IMG/VR virus record: IMGVR_UViG_3300045988_090630
From: a virus
Strand: one strand, 5' to 3'
DNA: 50,865 nucleotides
Shown here: positions 33,815-42,583 of the stretch, one piece after another
Layout of the letters: every line of letters begins with the position of its first letter
Position numbering within the stretch: position 1 is the stretch's first letter
Notes under the pieces: generated by a model
Databases searched by the model: none
Told to the model about the DNA's origin: nothing
The model's input: only the letters and a program-made list of their open reading frames with translations
Made by a program: the position numbers and the translations under genes

Positions 33815-34085
33815 CCTCCTTTTTGGCAGTGTGCGGAATGAGGGCGTAGATTTTGCCGCCTCTGAACACCAGCTTATAGACCGCCTTGTCCTTGTTGTCC
33901 CAGTCGTAGATCTGGAATCCTCGCTCCGAAAGAACGCCGATCATCATGTTGATGGTCGTGACGAGGGCTGGAATCGGGAGGGTGCGCATCCCGGCCAGTG
34001 CGTCCTCTGCCGTGCGCTGCTTGGCCTTGGATTTAAGACTGAACGGCTTCGGCTTGAATGGGATGGAATTGCATTGTCTTTTCAT
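33771..34085 (-). CDS. Hypothetical protein (104 aa)
   Basis: Internal ATG at 34085 (MKRQCNSIPF...) after GGTGAGAAA. Confidence 0.5.
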   Translation of the reverse strand: MKRQCNSIPFKPKPFSLKSKAKQRTAEDALAGMRTLPIPALVTTINMMIGVLSERGFQIYDWDNKDKAVYKLVFRGGKIYALIPHTAKKEDASHAETPVSDERG

Positions 34086-34354
34086 TTTCTCACCTTTATT
34101 CCGAATGTCTTGTAAATCCTCTTGCGGATAATGCGGAGCCACTTCTTTCTGGTTCTCGGCTTTCCATGCCCCACGAGATGAATCTGCCGTTTTGTTGCCA
34201 CGCCGAGATGGAATCCGTATATGCAAACAAAACGGTGGTAAAAACTCGACGTTTTTCGGAAGTCCCATCTGAACATCCCATCCTGCCAAGCTCTGCCGTG
34301 GCAGCCATAAAACGTGCGCAGGTCAAGCTGCAAAATATACGGCTGTTCTTTCAT
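34082..34354 (-). CDS. Hypothetical basic protein (90 aa), paralogue of 34351..34623
   Basis: ATGA overlap with the upstream gene. Shared C-terminal motif ATxxQIxLxxHxxPRxRKKWxxII. Confidence 0.55.
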   Translation of the reverse strand: MKEQPYILQLDLRTFYGCHGRAWQDGMFRWDFRKTSSFYHRFVCIYGFHLGVATKRQIHLVGHGKPRTRKKWLRIIRKRIYKTFGIKVRK

Positions 34355-34623
34355 GCTGCCGCCTCCGTTTTCAAAAACCTGCGGATGCGGCGCAGGATGA
34401 TGTGATACCACTTCTTCCGAATCCTCGGCCTCCGATGGTACATGAGCCGGATCTGCTTCTCGGTGGCAAGGCCATAGATGGATGCCATGTTTCCGGCGTA
34501 TGCCCGGAGGATTTTCTGCGATACCTCTTTGGCCAATTCGCAGATCCTCCTGAAGAAGTCCGAGATGCGCTGGGCGGCATCCTGCGCAGCCTCCCACAAA
34601 ATATCAAAGACCTGCTGTAGCAT
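34351..34623 (-). CDS. Hypothetical basic protein (90 aa), paralogue of 34082..34354
   Basis: Internal ATG at 34623 (MLQQVFDILW...). Same C-terminal motif as its neighbour. Confidence 0.55.
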   Translation of the reverse strand: MLQQVFDILWEAAQDAAQRISDFFRRICELAKEVSQKILRAYAGNMASIYGLATEKQIRLMYHRRPRIRKKWYHIILRRIRRFLKTEAAA

Positions 34624-35041
34624 ATTCGATGGCCTCCACTGCTTCTTCCGGGAGACAGACGACTCTCGCCGTTCCTCCGGCTCTCTTGATTGCTTCGATG
34701 GTGTCGAGTTGGAGCGGGGTCGGCTTTCCGAGGAATGGTCGCTTGATTTCGAGGCCGATGTACAGGCCATCAATGATCACCAGCACATCCGGGAATCCCC
34801 GCTCACTGTAAACTCCGGCTGCAATCTTGCGGACAAAGGCTTCCGGGTAAAGCTGCCGGATGGCCGCCATGATCTTTTTCTGATACCACTGTTCAAAAGG
34901 AATCTGATCTTCGAGGATCTTTTTGACTTTTTCGGCGGTGAGCGTCAGGCCGAGTTTTTCCTGCGCCAGCCTCTGAACGTCTGCCGGGGTTCTGGCTCCG
35001 GCCTTGTACCACTCGTGCAGGAGGTTTCGGGTAATGTTCAT
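34604..35041 (-). CDS. VRR-NUC domain nuclease
   Basis: GFPDVLVIIDGLYIGLEIKRPFLGKPTPLQ motif. Internal ATG at 35041. Confidence 0.75.
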   Translation of the reverse strand: MNITRNLLHEWYKAGARTPADVQRLAQEKLGLTLTAEKVKKILEDQIPFEQWYQKKIMAAIRQLYPEAFVRKIAAGVYSERGFPDVLVIIDGLYIGLEIKRPFLGKPTPLQLDTIEAIKRAGGTARVVCLPEEAVEAIEYATAGL

Positions 35042-35286
35042 GTGTTCAAGTCCTCCAGTTTGTGTGAAAGGTAGATGATCTGTTTGAGAATTACATGGGT
35101 GCAATCCGCGACTTCGGCCATGTCATTCTGTTTTTGCTTTGTCCAGTTGGGGTAGCTTTCTGCAGCAGCCTCCCGGTAAACCTCCGAAATAAGGTTATAG
35201 GCGACCTCCAGCTTTGCATCCCGCATGAGCGCAGCCTTTTCCTTTTCTCTGGCCCTTGCCCTGCACTCGATTTCTTCGATCAACAT
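35038..35286 (-). CDS. Hypothetical protein (82 aa)
   Basis: Track ORF with overlapping junctions. Confidence 0.5.
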   Translation of the reverse strand: MLIEEIECRARAREKEKAALMRDAKLEVAYNLISEVYREAAAESYPNWTKQKQNDMAEVADCTHVILKQIIYLSHKLEDLNT

Positions 35287-36038
35287 GGTGCGGCCTCCAT
35301 GAACACAGGCTCGTCGCTATCGCTGGGCAGAGCCGGGTTGTCGGCGTACTGACCTGCGCTGTTGCTGGAATTCTCGGCACCGAGTTCCTGCCACTCGAAG
35401 TCCTTTTTGTTGCCGTCCTTGCCCTCCATGAAATTCGAGGCCATCATGTCGGCGGTGTGGAGTGCCCAGACGATGGGGTATTTCTGAATCGCTGCGGCGA
35501 GGCTCATGGTGTCGGTGTGCTGATCAGTGAAGCCCATGTGCCACCAGATGGCGTACATTTCCTCCGAGGTGAGCTTGATGTAATTCTTGATCAGCATGGC
35601 ACTCTTGGGGCCGTGACCGAGGGGCATCAAGTCGTTGACCGTGTAGAACGGCACCTTTTCCCATTTCCCGGTCTTTTCGTTCTTGACGTTCCGGGTGCTG
35701 GTGCTGTAGAAGTAGGTCTTGCAGATGTCGTGGAGCAGGGCGATGAGGATGACGCTCTCATCCTTGATCTGTGCGACCGAGGTTCCGGCTACCGTGTAGA
35801 ACCATGCTTTCGTGCCGTCCTCGTTGGTCTGTTCTTCCTGAAGCAGACCCCGGAGGGCATCCAACACATTGAGGCTGTGCTGCAGGAGGCCGCTCTCGCA
35901 GGAGAGGTGGAACTTCGTACTTGCGGGTGCTGTGTAGAAGTCGCTCTTGCGGATGTAGTCCATCAACTTGTCGATGCCGGGCCGCTTGACCTTGGCCATC
36001 TCCGATTCAAACCGGGCGATCAATTCTTCTTTGTCCAT
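35280..36038 (-). CDS. HD-domain phosphohydrolase
   Basis: FHLSCESGLLQHSLNV ... IALLHDICK (H...HD). Confidence 0.75.
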   Translation of the reverse strand: MDKEELIARFESEMAKVKRPGIDKLMDYIRKSDFYTAPASTKFHLSCESGLLQHSLNVLDALRGLLQEEQTNEDGTKAWFYTVAGTSVAQIKDESVILIALLHDICKTYFYSTSTRNVKNEKTGKWEKVPFYTVNDLMPLGHGPKSAMLIKNYIKLTSEEMYAIWWHMGFTDQHTDTMSLAAAIQKYPIVWALHTADMMASNFMEGKDGNKKDFEWQELGAENSSNSAGQYADNPALPSDSDEPVFMEAAPC

Positions 36039-36625
36039 ATCTTGTCTCCTTTGATGTGAGGGGGAAAGGCTGCGCCTTGGTACTCTCCTTTGGAGTCCAT
36101 CCAGTAGCCTCCCTCGTTGGTGAATGAATCCGAATTGTTTCCCGGCTGGCCGTTCTGCCAGAAGAATCCTGTGATGTGGTTCCTGATCCAGCGGTGGCCG
36201 TCCGGGTAAACGTGCCAGAAGTTGTATTTTTGCCAGTAGGGTTCGTATGCTTCCTCGGTGCGGTGGTAAAGCTGCCAGACGAGGTCGAGGAACTTGTCAT
36301 AGTCGAGGTCATCGATCAGGGCCTTTCGGTACTGGTCCATGAGGGCACCCGGCTGGCTTTCCTCGGCGAGGACGGCGGCGATCTGCTGCGATAGCTGCCG
36401 ATTCCCGGCGATGTCCTTTGGGTGCATCGGGAACGGCATCCTCTCCCGGAGCCGGGCGGCGAACCAGTCAGCAAGGTCGGCCATTTCTTTGGTCAGTTTC
36501 TGGTAGGCTTTGCCGTACTTCGTCTGGAGGACTTCCAGCGGCACCTGTTCACGGTTGGTCTTGAGCTTCCTGAAGGTATCGTTGAACCGGGCCATCATTT
36601 CCCGGTCGTCGTCCGAGGCGGGCAT
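36020..36625 (-). CDS. Hypothetical protein (201 aa)
   Basis: Internal ATG at 36625 (MPASDDDREMM...), 8 nt after GGAG. Confidence 0.55.
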   Translation of the reverse strand: MPASDDDREMMARFNDTFRKLKTNREQVPLEVLQTKYGKAYQKLTKEMADLADWFAARLRERMPFPMHPKDIAGNRQLSQQIAAVLAEESQPGALMDQYRKALIDDLDYDKFLDLVWQLYHRTEEAYEPYWQKYNFWHVYPDGHRWIRNHITGFFWQNGQPGNNSDSFTNEGGYWMDSKGEYQGAAFPPHIKGDKIWTKKN

Positions 36626-36630
36626 CTGCA

Positions 36631-37324
36631 TCACTCCATGTATTTTTTGGCTTTGGGGTTCCATTTGAGAGTGGTCTCCTTGCCGCAATCGCCGCAGGGA
36701 TAGCTAAAATCCGGGCTTTCGATGTTTGTCTGTCCGTAAGTGTGCCGACCGCAGCTGCAGTCATATTCAAACAGTGCGGTGTTTTCCAGCGAGAATTTTG
36801 CACCGCATTCTTTGCAGGTCCACTCGGTGCGGTAGTCCTTTGTGAAAGCGACGAACTCATCGCCGCACTTCGGGCATCTCAGTCTCATCAAGCCTTTTGC
36901 TCCTTCGGGTTTCGCTGCCTTTTTGGGAGTTTCGGTGGGCGCAAGTTTGAAGGATGCGAGATCCGGGCGGTAGCAGACGGCATCGAGTGCATCATCGTGC
37001 GAGGGGGGGGCTTTCCTCCGGCTCATCGGGTGCAACTTCGGGCGGCTCCGGCTCGGCGAGTTCTTCCAGCTCCTGCTGCTTGGCCTTTTCGGTCTGCTCC
37101 TGAATGACAGCCTGAAGTGCAGCGGCGTTCTGCTCGGCATTGCTCGGTACCCCGGTCAGGCCGCTCTGAACGGCGAACTCTGCAATGTAGGCGTTCATCT
37201 GATCGGCGATGAGGTCCTTTGCCCGGAGCAGCTGCTGGGCGTTCTGGCAGGTGATCGTTATGTCCAGCCGGTCCTCGTACCCATCGTTGATCACCAGATG
37301 TGCGCTATAACTGTAATCATGCAT
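36631..37324 (-). CDS. Zinc-ribbon protein gene in two overlapping frames that meet at a C8 tract
   Basis: Frame A (37324-36992) ends ...EESPPLAR*. Frame B carries ...APPSHDD... and MRLRCPKCGDEF...CKECG...CGDCG down to 36631. C7 or C10 would fuse the frames. Confidence 0.5.
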
Positions 37325-37328
37325 TTTC

Positions 37329-37589
37329 TCAATCCTCCCAATTTAATGCTTGACCGCACTTGCAGCAATATACGCGCTTGCGCAGGGCCGGTCTATAAAC
37401 GACTTCGTGGCAAAGCGGGCAATTTCCGAATTGTGAGTTTTCCCACAAATTCACCTTTGCCGGGATCTGCTTCTTGAACGCATCCATGCCTATCCGACAG
37501 GCTTCTTTTACGGTTTCGATGCTGTAGTTCTCCAGATGCTCCGGGTCGAGGATCTCGGCGGCCCGCTCGTAGGTCATTTCCATTTGCAT
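37329..37589 (-). CDS. Hypothetical Cys-rich protein (86 aa)
   Basis: Track ORF with CPLCH...CCKCG. Confidence 0.55.
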   Translation of the reverse strand: MQMEMTYERAAEILDPEHLENYSIETVKEACRIGMDAFKKQIPAKVNLWENSQFGNCPLCHEVVYRPALRKRVYCCKCGQALNWED

Positions 37590-37616
37590 TTCCTCCTTTT
37601 GTGGTTTCTGGTGCTT

Positions 37617-37905
37617 GTTTCACCTAATCGGCGGGAGTAGGTGAAACGGCGTTTTGCCTTGTGGCCGTGCGGCTTTCCGGGTTCCGTTTCACCTGTTTCA
37701 CCTATTTTGAAACACACACCGTATTTTTAAGAATTTTGCAACTTTGCACTAAAATCTTGCAAAATGCAAAAATGTGTAAAAGCATACTGTATTTTGATTT
37801 TAGGTGAAATAGGTGAAACAATCTATTAAAAAGCCGCTTGACTGCTTGACTTTTTCTGTTTCACCTAATGTTTCACCTAGCGTTTCACCTAATCTTAGGT
37901 GAAAC
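37617..37905. repeat. Putative origin of replication: 10 copies of the iteron GTTTCACCTA around an AT-rich core
   Basis: Forward copies at 37617, 37686, 37695, 37858, 37870 and 37882. Inverted copies at 37638, 37801, 37810 and 37896. AT-rich core at 37705-37800. Confidence 0.7.
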
Positions 37906-37910
37906 AAATT

Positions 37911-40667
37911 TTAGAAAGGAAGATCGTCCGTGTCGTCGATCACGGTGAATCCGTCCTGCATCGTGGTCTGTGTGGCAGAGGTCTGGAACGGAGCCGCTGC
38001 CGGAGCCATAGGTGGTTCCTCTTGGTCCATCTGATCTTCGAGATCGTCCATCGGGTCCTTGTTCTCTGCCAGCTTGCCGATGAAGAACTCGACAAAGCGG
38101 CAGCTACGGTCGCCGAATCTTCGCATGGTGGAGTAGGTGATTTTCCCGTTCTTCTCCCGGTACATACTGATCAGCCCTTTGTCAGCCAGATATTTCATGG
38201 TTTTCCGGGGGCTGTACCCGGCTTTCGTGAGGGCCTGATTCAGCATGGAGGGGAAAATATAGACCGTGTTGCCGCTCTCGTTCATCATGCCGAGGCAGGT
38301 GCCGATCACCTGTGTTCCGAAGTATGCCTTGTTCGACATGACCCAGTCCACGATGAACTGCGCAGCGTTTTCGTTCACGTCGGTTGAGTTGTTCTCTACC
38401 TGTTCCTCCAAAATGCTGGCAGCCATGATCTTGGCTTTTTTCCACGATTCCGGGTGGATGCCCAGTTGCTGCAGAACGTCGGCCTCGTCGGTGGGGTCGC
38501 CCTGCTGCTGCGTGTTGAAGAACCAGCTATCGATCATGGCATCGGCCAGCGCAACTGCGGAAATGCCGGAAACGTGGGAGCCGTTTTTGCCGTTGGCCAT
38601 TGCGTGGACGTAGCTCTGCATCAACTCGAAGGCATCACAAATGGTACGCTCCGGGGTGGCGATGATCCTCTTGACGAAGGCCGGGCCAGCCCAGCCGCAG
38701 TCCATCACGGACTGCTGGTGCATCAATCCGGCGTCCCGCTCGTTGTCGAACGGCCCACCGTAGAGTTCCAGTACACGGGTGGACACACCTGTTTGCGTGG
38801 TCTCGGTGCTGAGAGGTTCCTCGCCGGTGGCCAGAGCGACGGTGCGCCATTGCTGGGTGGCCTGAATGCCGCCGCTCTTTGCGCCTCTGATCTTGCCGGT
38901 GCCGGATACGATCATGTAAACGATTTTTTCCAGCCCGGCCTGATTGTTGCCAGCAAGCTGCCGCTCATCAATGCCGAGGGGGAGGTCGCAGTAAAAGGCT
39001 GCCGTCCGTTCGAGGCCGACCTGTGTGGCGTTGAAGTTGACCATCAACCGCTCCGGGTCTCCCCATGCGGAGAGGGCCGCTTTCAGGGCTGCGGTCTTGC
39101 CGCCCTTGGAACCGCCCCAGTTGTACACGAAGAAGATGCGCTGCTTCACGATCCGCAGGAGCGGGGCGGCGAAGCTGGCCGCAAGGATGAACCTGAACTT
39201 CTGGCGGCTGCGGTGCGGGGTCATGTGTTCCACCCATTTCTCAAAGGTTCCGTTCTGGCAGTAGGCCGTGGCCATTGCCTTTTGGGATGGGTCAATGTCC
39301 AGCGTGATTCCGTCAGCGTGTCCGGGCACAAACCTGTTGCCGGGTTGCCATCCGAATGTGGAGGTGCTGTCCTCTTTGGGGATGATGTCGATGTTCTCGG
39401 CCTCAAGACTTCCGAGGAAGCGGACCACCTGCTTCGAGTTCTCGCTGGTAATCGTGCAGCCGAGGTCTGCAAGTGCGGTGATGCTGCGGCTCTGGAAGAT
39501 CACCGACCGGGGGTAGATGGCACTCTGCCAGAGGCCGTCTCGCTTGAAGGCTACCTCTATTTTTTCTTCCCCGGTTTCGATGCTCTGGAGACGCTTGGTC
39601 AGGATGATCGGGGTGCGGCAGCAGAGGACCGGCTGGAACTTCTTTTCGTCGATCCGGCTGATTCCCTTGTCCGAGTAAATCCAGCCCTCCGGCTGTCGGA
39701 GGCTGATCGGTGCGCCGCTGATTGCTTCGGGGATGTCCTCTTTTTTATAGTCCACAGGTTTTGCGGTTTTCAGGGCATCCCGGATCAGCTTGGCGGCCTG
39801 TTCCCGGCCATGCTTGATGTAAAGGTCGGAAGGGTCTTTTTCGCCGAGAGCCTTGCAGCTCCACTCGTAGACCTCTCCCTCGTAGCCTCCATCCCGGAGA
39901 CCGGCGCAGATCTTGTGGATGAAGGTGTCGCCGCCGCCGTCCGGCTCGTGGTGCAGGTACAGCTTCAGGCCCTGAAGCGCAGAGGACTGTTCCGGCTTGA
40001 ACATTGAGGCCCCCGGCACACCGATGGCCGGGATGCCCATGTACCACAGGCTCTGCGTGTCGCTCTCGCCCTCAACCATGACCGCGTATCCGGCGTTTGC
40101 AAATTCAGGGATGCGCCACTCACCGTAGAGGCAGATCTTGCCGGAGCTGCCGGTGCGCCAGCGGAAGTCCTTGTGGGCGTACCGCTTGCGGTAGGTGGAT
40201 TCTTCTCCGGCTGCGTTGTAGTAGGGAATGTAGAGCCATGTGGTGCCGTTGTTGCGGTCTTTCCGGGTTTCGAGGCGGCAGGTCTTGGCCAGCCATTCTT
40301 CCGGGAGGTGCTTTGCAAAGGCATACTCGGCAAGGCTGAAATCTTCGAGGGCTGCGGCCTTTTCCTTTTTGGCAGGTTTCGGGGTTTCGGCATCAACGCC
40401 GTATTTCTCCAAAATCTGCTTGTATGCCTCTTTGGTATCTACGCCATGCAGATCTGCCCAGAATGACACGAAGTTGCCGCCCCGGTCCTCTGCGAAGCAG
40501 TGCCACTTGCCGGTCTTGAGATCGACCGAGAAGCTGTTGTTTCTGTCCTCATGGAAAGGGCACAGACCTGTCAGCTTGTCCCCGGTGAGCTTGTATTTCT
40601 GAACCACGGCGGTGTACTCGGCACGGTAATCCACCACCTTATCAAGATCTATCTCTCTTGCCGCCAT
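37911..40667 (-). CDS. Bifunctional primase-helicase (CHC2 zinc finger/Toprim N-terminus, P-loop helicase C-terminus)
   Basis: CPFHEDRNNSFSVDLKTGKWHCF (zf-CHC2) and NWGGSKGGKTAA (Walker A). 918 aa, ending in DDTDDLPF. Confidence 0.8.
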   Translation of the reverse strand: MAAREIDLDKVVDYRAEYTAVVQKYKLTGDKLTGLCPFHEDRNNSFSVDLKTGKWHCFAEDRGGNFVSFWADLHGVDTKEAYKQILEKYGVDAETPKPAKKEKAAALEDFSLAEYAFAKHLPEEWLAKTCRLETRKDRNNGTTWLYIPYYNAAGEESTYRKRYAHKDFRWRTGSSGKICLYGEWRIPEFANAGYAVMVEGESDTQSLWYMGIPAIGVPGASMFKPEQSSALQGLKLYLHHEPDGGGDTFIHKICAGLRDGGYEGEVYEWSCKALGEKDPSDLYIKHGREQAAKLIRDALKTAKPVDYKKEDIPEAISGAPISLRQPEGWIYSDKGISRIDEKKFQPVLCCRTPIILTKRLQSIETGEEKIEVAFKRDGLWQSAIYPRSVIFQSRSITALADLGCTITSENSKQVVRFLGSLEAENIDIIPKEDSTSTFGWQPGNRFVPGHADGITLDIDPSQKAMATAYCQNGTFEKWVEHMTPHRSRQKFRFILAASFAAPLLRIVKQRIFFVYNWGGSKGGKTAALKAALSAWGDPERLMVNFNATQVGLERTAAFYCDLPLGIDERQLAGNNQAGLEKIVYMIVSGTGKIRGAKSGGIQATQQWRTVALATGEEPLSTETTQTGVSTRVLELYGGPFDNERDAGLMHQQSVMDCGWAGPAFVKRIIATPERTICDAFELMQSYVHAMANGKNGSHVSGISAVALADAMIDSWFFNTQQQGDPTDEADVLQQLGIHPESWKKAKIMAASILEEQVENNSTDVNENAAQFIVDWVMSNKAYFGTQVIGTCLGMMNESGNTVYIFPSMLNQALTKAGYSPRKTMKYLADKGLISMYREKNGKITYSTMRRFGDRSCRFVEFFIGKLAENKDPMDDLEDQMDQEEPPMAPAAAPFQTSATQTTMQDGFTVIDDTDDLPF

Positions 40668-40785
40668 GCTGCCTCCACCGCCATTCTTTCTTGAATTTCA
40701 TATCTGTTCCCCTTTATGCCTTAGGGGGAGCCGCCTCGATGCGGTTCCCCCTGCTGGCATGAAATTTTATAGGGCTGCTGCCTGA

Positions 40786-41655
40786 TTAAATAAAGGGGAG
40801 ATCTTTGTCTTTGTCGGTCACATCGGTGAACTCCGTATCCGACACCTGAACGTCCAGTACGCTTTCGTCTGCCGCCATGGTGTTGCTGGAGGCCGAGGTG
40901 CTGTAGTCGTCCGTCGTGATGGCAATCTCCTTGTACTTTGCCTTGATCTCCTGCCGCATGGCCTTGGCGGTCTGAGCAACTGCCGGGGGCAGGATTCCAC
41001 GCTTGTCGATCACCACGGTGGCGTAATTGATGCCGTTGGCGTTGGCGGCCTTGGCCAGCTTGAAGCCGACGATCAGGTTGGTGTAGGGGATGCCCTTGGA
41101 GGCCATGATGCGGGTGAGGGCCTTGTTCACTTCCTTGATGCTCGTGGGCGGCACCGTAAGGAGATAGAGGTTCGGGTCGTTGCTGCGCATGAGGTAGATC
41201 CGACGCATATTCTTGCAAGCCTTGCCCCTGCCGCCATTCGGGTCACTGCCGTACTGGTTGCAGGGGCACCTGTCGCAGTCGCAAACCTCGCCGGTCCGAA
41301 TGTTCAGGCCGGACTTGCCGTCCATGCTGGAGCAGACCGGGATCTTGTCCTCCGGGTTGGTGCTGCTGCCGAAAGCGTTCGGCCAGTAGCCGTTCATGCG
41401 GTGCGTGAATACAATCACGCCCTCGATGTCCTTGAGGTAGTCCTCATCGCCGTCCTCGTCGCCTTGCACCGTGAAGGCAAGGCTGTCGCCAGAGGGAATC
41501 TTGATGGTTCGGCAGTTGATGCCGGATTCATCGTCCAGATCGTCCATCTGATCCTTGAGTTCGGCTGCCAGTTCCGGGTCGAGACCGTCGTAGGCGGTGG
41601 TCAGGGCGAAGTTCTCAACGGGGGCCAGTTCGGTGCTCTTTTTTGCGGTTGCCAT
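40786..41655 (-). CDS. Hypothetical replication-module protein with a Cys cluster and an acidic SSB-like C-terminal tip
   Basis: 289 aa. CDCDRCPCNQ...GKACKN cluster. Acidic disordered tail ending in DKDKDLPFI. Confidence 0.55.
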   Translation of the reverse strand: MATAKKSTELAPVENFALTTAYDGLDPELAAELKDQMDDLDDESGINCRTIKIPSGDSLAFTVQGDEDGDEDYLKDIEGVIVFTHRMNGYWPNAFGSSTNPEDKIPVCSSMDGKSGLNIRTGEVCDCDRCPCNQYGSDPNGGRGKACKNMRRIYLMRSNDPNLYLLTVPPTSIKEVNKALTRIMASKGIPYTNLIVGFKLAKAANANGINYATVVIDKRGILPPAVAQTAKAMRQEIKAKYKEIAITTDDYSTSASSNTMAADESVLDVQVSDTEFTDVTDKDKDLPFI

Positions 41656-41672
41656 AGTATGTGTCCTCCTAT

Positions 41673-42140
41673 TTATTCTTCATCGTCGGCTTCAACGTCG
41701 GCGGGTTTTGCTTCTTCAAAACCATCATTTTCTGCCGCTGCCTGTTCCAGCGGGGTGGGGGTGTCGTCTTTGCGCTCGGCTTCGTAGAGGTCGTTCATGG
41801 TGCGCTTCATCTCGGCTGCCATGACAATCGACAGGGAAATCAGCTCGCTGACCCGGTTGTGCAGGGAACTGACCGCCTCGACTGCCGGGTAGTTGGGATT
41901 CGCCAAGGTGCTGAGAAGGGTGTCCATGTCATTCCGAACGGACTTGACCTTTGCGCTGATCCGGGTGAAGTTGTCGGCGGCGATGCCGTATGCCTCGTGG
42001 CGGTTGCGCACGGCGGGCGGGTTGTAATCCTTGAGCATATCGTAGGTATCATCGATCACGCTGGCCACCCGGCAGTCCACGTCCTGCTGAAGATTGGTGC
42101 GCAGATCCATCTCGGTCTGCTGGTAGTTCTGGTTTGCCAT
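41673..42140 (-). CDS. Hypothetical protein (155 aa)
   Basis: Track ORF with an acidic C-terminus. Confidence 0.55.
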   Translation of the reverse strand: MANQNYQQTEMDLRTNLQQDVDCRVASVIDDTYDMLKDYNPPAVRNRHEAYGIAADNFTRISAKVKSVRNDMDTLLSTLANPNYPAVEAVSSLHNRVSELISLSIVMAAEMKRTMNDLYEAERKDDTPTPLEQAAAENDGFEEAKPADVEADDEE

Positions 42141-42583
42141 TATTTCTTTCCTCCCTTGGTGGCCCGGCTGTTCTCACGGCGGCGGGTGATGTCGTAGGTG
42201 TCGAAGATGCTGATGCACTTGGCGAGGTCCTCGCTCAGGCCGTCGTTTTCCTCGACGTATGCCTTGATGGTGGACTGGAGGGTGCGGGTGTTCACGCTCT
42301 CCACGATGATGTCGCCGAGACCCTCGCCCCGGAGGGTTTCAAAGAAATTGATGCCCTCGCTGGCCAGCTCCGCTTCGGACTTCTTGCTGTAGATGGTCTT
42401 GGGGGTCAGGGTGAACTTGAAGCCGCCGACCGAGATCGAGGGGCAGTCATCGTCGATCATCTGCTGCGAGATGTTCGCTTTGGCTTCCTCGATCAGGGCG
42501 TTGTTGGCCTTGACCTCATCGGCCAGTTCTTCCTTGCGCTCCAGAAGGCTCTGGTAATCGCGCACCATGTCTAACAGTGTCAT
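42140..42583 (-). CDS. Hypothetical protein with an N-terminal coiled coil (Gp157-like?)
   Basis: Track ORF of 147 aa. The family assignment is tentative. Confidence 0.5.
   Translation of the reverse strand: MTLLDMVRDYQSLLERKEELADEVKANNALIEEAKANISQQMIDDDCPSISVGGFKFTLTPKTIYSKKSEAELASEGINFFETLRGEGLGDIIVESVNTRTLQSTIKAYVEENDGLSEDLAKCISIFDTYDITRRRENSRATKGGKK

Noticed and set aside
37617-37905. Short repeat array considered as a CRISPR array
   Set aside because: The repeats are only 10 bp, occur in both orientations with irregular spacing, and flank an AT-rich core next to the primase-helicase gene. This fits origin iterons, not CRISPR repeats.
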